Below, in pieces: positions 56,101-64,000 of a DNA stretch of 64,000 bases. The position numbers and the translations under genes were made by a program. This DNA comes from Octopus vulgaris. Lineage: Eukaryota. The stretch is taken from NCBI GenBank assembly GCA_951406725.2, contig OX597817.1, forward strand, positions 18,290,001 to 18,354,000. Reading direction: 5' to 3'. Position 1 is the first letter of the stretch. Each line of letters opens with the position of its first letter. The notes beneath the pieces are model-generated. The model searched no databases. It worked only from the letters and a program-made list of their open reading frames with translations, and had not been told where the DNA came from.

Positions 56101-56951
56101 ATAAGTGTGTATGCTTTGATTTGTTCTCCCATTTACTCCACATATGTACACAAAGACACGCACGCACGCATGCACATACACACATACATACGCATACAAG
56201 TGCAAATACATATTTTTCTTAGACATACATTAACATATATAGTGGTAACTCAGTTGCATGTGATCATATGAGAGATGATTTGACGTAGTGTATTGGAAAA
56301 ATTCTTGCATAATTTAGGCATTCTAACTAATATGGCTTCCTCACTAGCTATTTTGTGATACTGATCTGGATTAATGCCTGGAGCAGATGGCGAGGTGGAA
56401 GGTATGTCACATTTGTCAATTTGATGAAAACATTTACATTCCGTATTAGAGTGAATAGTAAATTCACAAACCAATGAAAAGAAAGAATTGCAAAGCTTGA
56501 GAATCAGACAACATTTCAGATTGAGATCTGGAATTATGGAGACTCTGCACTGAACACTAAACTTCACAAATTTTTAATTCGCTGCTTGGAGCAGGGAACA
56601 TTTACTACAACGCAGTACTTATCGCCCTGTATACAAACAAGGGGATTCGTTTGACTGTACTAACGAGCAAAACATACTAATTCCATTAAAAAATCTTGTT
56701 AGTGCACTGCTGCCCAGCGTGCTATCTAATAACGCAGAGCATTTCCATAGAACTAATGGAAATCTTTCGTCAGAGAATTGCTGCCATGTTTGTTCTGAGT
56801 CAAATTAAGGAACAATGGCAAAAACAAAGCGTCACAGAATATTTCGCATTTATCTATCAGGCAAAAGCTTCTGGTCAGATCATAGAATTTTGCTTTCATT
56901 TAACGAAAGACGCTAATTTCCATTACGTTATTTAAAAAAATAAAGCTATGA

Positions 56952-57019
56952 TGTATGTATGTATGTATGTATGTATGTATGTATGTATGTATGTATGTAT
57001 GTATGTATGTATGTATGTA

Positions 57020-57080
<61 letters not shown>

Positions 57081-57431
57081 ATGTATGTATGTATGTATGT
57101 ATGTATGTATGTATGTATGTATGTATGGATGTATGTATGTATGTTTGTATGTATGTATGTATGTTTGTATGTATGTATGTATGTATGTATGCATGTATGT
57201 ATGTTTGTATGTATGTATGTATGTATGTTTTTAAGTATGTATGTATGTTTGTATGTATGTATGTATGTATGTATGTATGTATGTATGTATGTATGTATGT
57301 ATGTATGTATGTATGGATGTATGTATGTATATATGTATGGATGTATGTATGTATGTATGTGTGTATGTATGTATGTATCTATGTATGTATGTATGTGTGT
57401 GTGTATGTATGTATGTATGTATGTATGTATG

Positions 57432-57465
<34 letters not shown>

Positions 57466-57572
57466 TGTGTGTATGTATGTATGTATGTATGTATGTATGT
57501 ATGTATGTATGTATGTATGTATGTATGTATGTGTGTATGTATGTATGTATGTATGTATGTATGTATGTATGT
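56952..57572. repeat. Long (GTAT)n tetranucleotide array with embedded (GT)n
   Basis: Direct observation; further GTAT/CTAT/CTAC arrays at ~57950-58270 and ~58505-58710. Confidence 0.98.
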
Positions 57573-57573
57573 C

Positions 57574-57704
57574 TACCCTGATGTAATCTCCAGGGATACA
57601 GGCATCCAGCAACAGGACCTCCGTAATGCTATGATGGACCGTGAAGTCTGGCGTAGCATAGTAAATTCAATTTTCTCGACCACGGTTGAACAATGATGAT
57701 GATG
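57574..57704 (+). mobile_element. RTE-like LINE 3' end with (ATG)n tail inside (GTAT)n
   Basis: YPDVISRDTGIQQQDLRNAMMDREVWRSIV...* then tgatgatgatg. Confidence 0.78.
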
Positions 57705-58124
57705 TATGTATGTATGTATGTATGTGTGTGTGTGTCTGTGTGTGTATGTTGGTGTGTAAGTATTGTTGGCTGCGAAGCCACATTAGTTAGTATGGATACG
57801 TTATGCAAGATATTTTCAATATACTTCGGCAATTGATTCATTTAGAGTCAGTTATTACATAATAGCTGTACACGAAGCCATACTCGTTAGAATGTCTAAA
57901 TTATGCAAGATATTTTCTATACACAACAGCAAATAATTTATCTATCTGTCTATGTATGTATGCTTGCATGTATGTATGTATGTATGTATGTATGTATGTA
58001 TGTATGTATGTATGTATGTATGCATGCATGCATGCATGCATGCATGTATGTATGTATGTATGTATGTATGTATGTATCTATCTATCTACCTACCTACCTA
58101 TCTATCCATCTATCTATCTATCTG

Positions 58125-58187
<63 letters not shown>

Positions 58188-58370
58188 CTTTACCTACCTA
58201 CCTACCTACCTACCTACCTACCTACCTACCTACCTACCTACCTACCTACCTACCTACCTACCTACCTACATACATAACTACCTATTGTGGTTATTCTTAT
58301 TTCCTGTGCTTCAGTAGAACTGAAGCATAAGTAACCGAACAAAGAATTTATGTTAACGTTTTATCTACGA

Positions 58371-58514
58371 TGCAGATGTGACTGTGTGGTAAGAAGCTTG
58401 TTTTCCAACCATATAGTTGCAGGTTCGCTCCCACTGAACGGTACCTTGAGTAAGTGTCTTCTACTATAACTTCGGGTTGACCAAAGCCTTGTGAGTAGAA
58501 TGAATGTATGTATG

Positions 58515-58548
<34 letters not shown>

Positions 58549-58931
58549 TGTATGTATGTATGTATGTATGTATGTATGTATGTATGTATGTATGTATGTA
58601 TGCATGTATGTATGTATGTATGTATGCATGTATGTATGTATGTATGTATGTATGTATGTATGTATGTATGTATGTATGTATGCATGCATGTATGTATGTA
58701 TATGTATGTATGCGCCTGTGTTTTTATGAATGTGTTTGTCCAACACCATTGGTTGACAACCATGTTGTTGTGTTAACGTCCCTGTAACTTAGCGGTTGGG
58801 CAGTGACCGATTGAAGAAGTACCAGGTTTTAAAATAACAAGTACTTGGTCGGTTCATGAGACTAAAATACTTCAAGACAGTGCATCATCATGGCTCTAGG
58901 CGAATGACTGAGACATGTAACAAGTAAAAGA
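58371..58931 (+). mobile_element. SINE family A (diverged) with expanded internal (GTAT)n
   Basis: Head gtgactgtgtggtaagaagcttg, accttgagtaagtgtcttc, tail aatgactgagac..caagtaaaaga. Confidence 0.82.
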
Positions 58932-60323
58932 TAGTCAACTTGTTTTTGTGTATAGAGATAGGGTGCTGGAAGAACCCATCTCCTTAAAAAAGATCACTGT
59001 CTTTTATACGAACACCAAAAGTCTAATGCAAGACTCATGAAATAAGCAAGGACTTTCTAGATGAGATACTCATTGAAGAAGACAGGGGTCTAATTATAAA
59101 AACGATTGACAAGCTCGGTTATTGAAGAATGCTTTTGTTATGTATATACTATGTTACAAGTTAAGCAACCGTTGGATGTTATAACTCACTTGCCTACTCT
59201 GACCCAAGAAATTATTAAGGAGGTTCTGAACTCTAGAATCCCTCTTAACCTAATACACCATTTGAAGGAAATCAAGCTCTGATTAATGTGTATGTGGCTG
59301 ACACATATAAATTTGAATCTCGTCTTTATTTATTTTGTATTTCATTATATTCTATCAAATTATTTATATATTTTATAAAGTTTTAAACTCGATGTTATTG
59401 AATAACATCTTTCACCCCTCGCATTGTTTTTATATGACATTTTATCCCGCTACTCACGTCTTTGGATGCCACCCTTTTAACGTTTCGCGAGATTATAAGT
59501 ATGAGTTAAATTTAATTTCATTGTTGAGGCAAAATTTGCTTTTGATTCAGCCTTTTGATATTATTTTCATTTATTTTGAAGGTTGAGGTATTACTCTTTT
59601 CCTCATGTCTGAGAGTGAATTTATGGTTGAGGAAAGAGTCGTTAAAAGTACCTATGTTCATAAACAAGTAAAATTACTTTGTATCTATATATCTTTTCTG
59701 AGATATGACTTCCAGTTCGTAGATAAATCTTTCTTAAACATTTTCTATCAAGAAAACATTATCGGTTGTTACATTCTGGTTTTTGCATATTGTTTTGACT
59801 GCATCAACGTAGTTTATTCGTTGTTATTTTATCGACAGTTTTCGTACACTATAACTAACTTGATGGCTATATTTTAAGCAATTTGTGCCGCACATAGACG
59901 ACTGGCAAGTGATTATCAATTAGGGCTAATTTACTTTTAGCCTTATCCAGATATGTGTGGCAAATCAAAGGGAAAATGAGTTACATAAATACAGATAAGA
60001 AATAGCAAATATAAACTGAAAAGAAATACCATAAAATAGAGTTTGATACAGAACGGAAATAATGTCAAAATTCCGTCACAAAAACAAACCTAACAAGGAA
60101 ATAGAGCGTGATTAATGTACTAAATGTAACCAAAAGAATGTACTGGAAGTATGCAATAGGCTTTCTCAACACTTAACGCGAAGGACACATCTGATGAGGA
60201 TATGAGTCTGATTGTTCAACCAGATGTAATGTTCAACAAAATAATGTGCACCATAAGTATAAAGCAGGCCCTTTTATGGCACTAAATATCAACGACAAAT
60301 TTATGAGAATATTTTTTTATTTT

Positions 60324-60377
60324 GCCTTGATGAGTCTGCAAATGAAATCATCTTCGGGATGAAATTGCAAGTAATGG
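60324..60377 (+). ncRNA. Degenerate hammerhead-like relic
   Basis: GCC-UUGAUGA-GUCUG..CGGGAU-GAAAU-UGCAA-GUA; several substitutions. Confidence 0.4.
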
Positions 60378-60621
60378 AAGGCTATTCAACTTGGATATGA
60401 ATAAATACATTTACTCAAATGGAAATATCGAGTACGCTTTACTCTCTTCATACTAATTTTTCCAAATACAGTAACCATACATACGTATACACACACACAC
60501 ACACTTGCACGCACGCACGCACGCACGCACACGCACGCATACATATATACACACACACACACACACAGATACATTAATTCCCCTATACATATGCCTATGC
60601 ATATATAACGATATTTATGTA

Positions 60622-60668
<47 letters not shown>

Positions 60669-61052
60669 CTATGTGTATAAACATACATACAATGAGAGTA
60701 GGAAATGAAAGAATGTGTGTATAGAAAGAACGAGTTAAGTAAACGAAGTGGATGATTTCCTTTGATGAAGTTTAAAAAAAATATTTGGTATTACAATTAA
60801 ACAATTTTTCAAAATATCAAAGAATTGAATTTTAAGCGAATTTCATATCTATACTTCTTTAATTGTTTAACGTTTCCATTTTTAAAAATAAGTTTCAATG
60901 ATTATAATTATTCGTTTTCTCTCCAAAGAATGATAGCTTTCTTTTCTATACATACAGAACACGTGTGCATATACACATATAGAGAAATGCACTCTCCGAT
61001 ATATATAAGCATAAACGTATCACCCCCTCTCTCTCGCTCTCTCTCTCTCTCG

Positions 61053-61102
<50 letters not shown>

Positions 61103-62228
61103 ATGTTTTATATATATTTATATATATATAAATATATATATATATGTATATATATATATACATACATGCATATATACATTTATATATATATATATGTATA
61201 TATTTGTATATATATGCAAAAATAATATAGTAGATATTTATTTATACTCATATACATATATATAAATACGTTATATTTATATAACATACTATATGCATAT
61301 GTATATATGTATATACACAGAATATGAAGACATGTTTGTATATATTTATATATATATGTATGTGTGTACACCGATACTTGTTTATGTATATGAGGTGTGT
61401 GTATGTGCGTGTCTTTGTTTGTGTGTATAAATTACCTACATATACTCAGAGAAAGATAGAAGAGAAAAATATCCTCGAATAGTTACAGATATATTCTCAG
61501 ATACTTCGAGACACAAAAACATAGAAGCAATTGTACATACATGCGTGCGCAAATACTCACGCACAAAAACAAACGAATGGAAAAAATAAATATTTATCAC
61601 AAAACCAATATATGCCTGATTGCACATATATATTCTACTGTTTTGAATATCATCGAGAAACTTAAGTACACATCTTAAATAATACACTTTTACAAAGGTA
61701 AATGAATGAATAAATAAATAAATACATAGAAAAAGAGACAGATTGAACGATCGAAGGGTAGGTTGGTGGGTTAATATATATAAGTGGATATTTGCTTTAG
61801 GGAAAAGAATATACTAGCAAACATAAAAGAATTGAAGAGCTACTACATAACATTTGTAACATTTTGGAACACTGGCTGTATAAAGAGATGGTATCACATT
61901 TTGATAAGCTGAGTAGGTTTATGATATTTCATTTTATAAAGTATCATGTGTTTTCATTGGTGAATACTGCATAGTGGTGTGCTATTGTCTCAGAAAGCCA
62001 CGTACCATACATGGTTTCGATTTCTTAATAGAGACTACTCCAAGACCTATTATCAAGCGAAAAATTCAATGACGTGATGTTTGATACCATAGGTTTCATT
62101 GATGTAGAAAATATTGGGTGATTGAAAGGAACCTTTAGCATCTAAATGATGTGTAAAATGTGTATTTTATATTATTTTACTTTTTGTCTCTCTTTATTTT
62201 AAATTGTATTTTTATATTTTGCTGTGAG

Positions 62229-62344
<116 letters not shown>

Positions 62345-64000
62345 TGTGTATGTATGTATGTATGTATGTATGTATGTATGAAAATGTCATTATCAAAAGA
62401 TGGAGAAATATTTATGGTCTGAAACATGGTACAGCATAACAATAATTCCGTGCCAATGTCAGAACATATCACGTTCAAATACCTGGGGTGGTTCGGGCGG
62501 CTGCAAATGTGACCCATAAGATATAAACCTGCTATCTTGGAATCCCTAAGCCGTAGCACGCAATGAGAAGACTAGGACCGGGTAGGAAATGAATTTAGTG
62601 AGAAGGTGAGCGAAATCTGTGATAAAGCGAACTTTTGAATCGTCCTGTATTATAATGATTTCTGAAATCAGAACAATACCATGTATCTTTCAGGAAGAAC
62701 TTGAAAATAGTCTTTCAGAAAGGGATATAATTTTGACCGCTGCACATGACTGTATAGACTCAGAAATTATGAGAGGCCAAAGATATACTTAATGAGAGTT
62801 GAATGCAAACGATAGAATAATGAAGTTAATAGAGAAAATCATTTACATTGGTGTTTAATGAATATTCATTTAACTCTTATGATAGGCTGCTATACGTATA
62901 CGGAGTTAATTACTCGATGTTTCATGATCCGAATTATCCATAAATATCAGTTTAACCGTAATTACTTCATGGGGTGGGTGCAGTAATAGAATATATGCGT
63001 ATCATGTCATTAAGTGAAATGGAAATCAAATTCCGATGGCAGTCTTTGCTTTCCAAGTTCTCCACACATCGCTCTCTATGCTTTAGAAATTGACCTTATT
63101 AGGATTCGATCTTGACATTCTAAATCACTAAACTATACGTAATTTAAGAGTTCATTAAACCTGCACATGTATTCTCTCTTTTCTCAAACTCATACTCAAG
63201 TCGCATTTGTCGTTGCTATTGTTGGAACATTTTTCCTATAAGATATTTCGACCGAAGGTTTTGAAGTAAAAAAAATTAAAAGTTAAAAATAAAAAAAAAT
63301 TAGAAATATAAAAAATACAATAATACAATAATATAAATCAAATAAAGGAGTCTTTCTTAGTTATCTAGTGTCACTATTCTCTGCAACTATCAACGTCGTA
63401 TATTCTCTGATGTACATATTTTAAGCTTGGTAGTGCTAAATATAACCCCTTCGGGCCGTTTCTGATAATATGTGACACCAAGGACAGAAGATACAAAATC
63501 CTGCTGCATCAACAATTATTTCAGCCTTAGAAGGTGTTGTATATTATTTATAGGATTGTTGCTTTCATAATGGGACACATCATCACCGCCTTGATATTAA
63601 CTCAGTTACTCTTTCAATAGAGAGACAGGTCCATATTCCTTACATAATTTCGTTAATATCATCAATCGCATAACTCGATTTCAGGATGTTAAGTTTGTGC
63701 ATAATGTGTCTCTAGCTCTTCGTTAAGCTTAAAAAAAAACACAAAATATCGATGAGAAATGTAAAGTGACTTGGCCTAGGACACAACGCAAAACATGGAG
63801 AGACATATTTATTAGGACTTAGTCAAGATGCGGGGCAGTGATCATAATCTTTGCAGACTCACCGAAACTGGTGAAATCAATGTGGGACAGAACAAGTATT
63901 TCAGACGGTTGATGTTATGTAGTGGGTTGGTGGTGTTATAGTGACTAGTGCGGTGCATTAGCAGTAGGAAACTAGAAGGCAGGCGAAATGATATCAGACA

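Noticed and set aside
56250-56567. 105-aa non-repetitive ORF
   Set aside because: No recognisable motif or convincing splice context; length is compatible with chance

Overview
Eukaryotic, AT-rich, repeat-saturated DNA with no recognisable intact protein-coding gene. The SINE families and extreme (TA)n/(CA)n/(TAA)n/(GTAT)n load suggest an octopus (coleoid cephalopod) intronic or intergenic region; this is an inference. Almost all ORFs in the track are microsatellite or antisense-transposon artefacts. The window holds several tRNA-headed SINE families, decayed LINEs (R4/Dong-like in (TAA)n, RTE-like including two 5'-inverted copies, CR1-like, and an ORF1 CCHC-knuckle fragment), a full-length decayed mariner with perfect TIRs, other mariner and hAT remnants, two non-autonomous Helitrons, and a ~3.4 kb near-identical duplication. 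The most striking hidden signal is about a dozen minimal type-I hammerhead ribozyme motifs, folded by eye, five of them well formed. They lie in tandem or inverted repeat units abutting (TA)n tracts, the architecture of Penelope-like elements and retrozymes. One element combines a tRNA-derived Pol III head, a microsatellite, a hammerhead, an inverted end and a perfect 14-bp TSD. A few low-confidence minus-strand host exon candidates are noted. No database searches were run, so family names come from motif recognition only.
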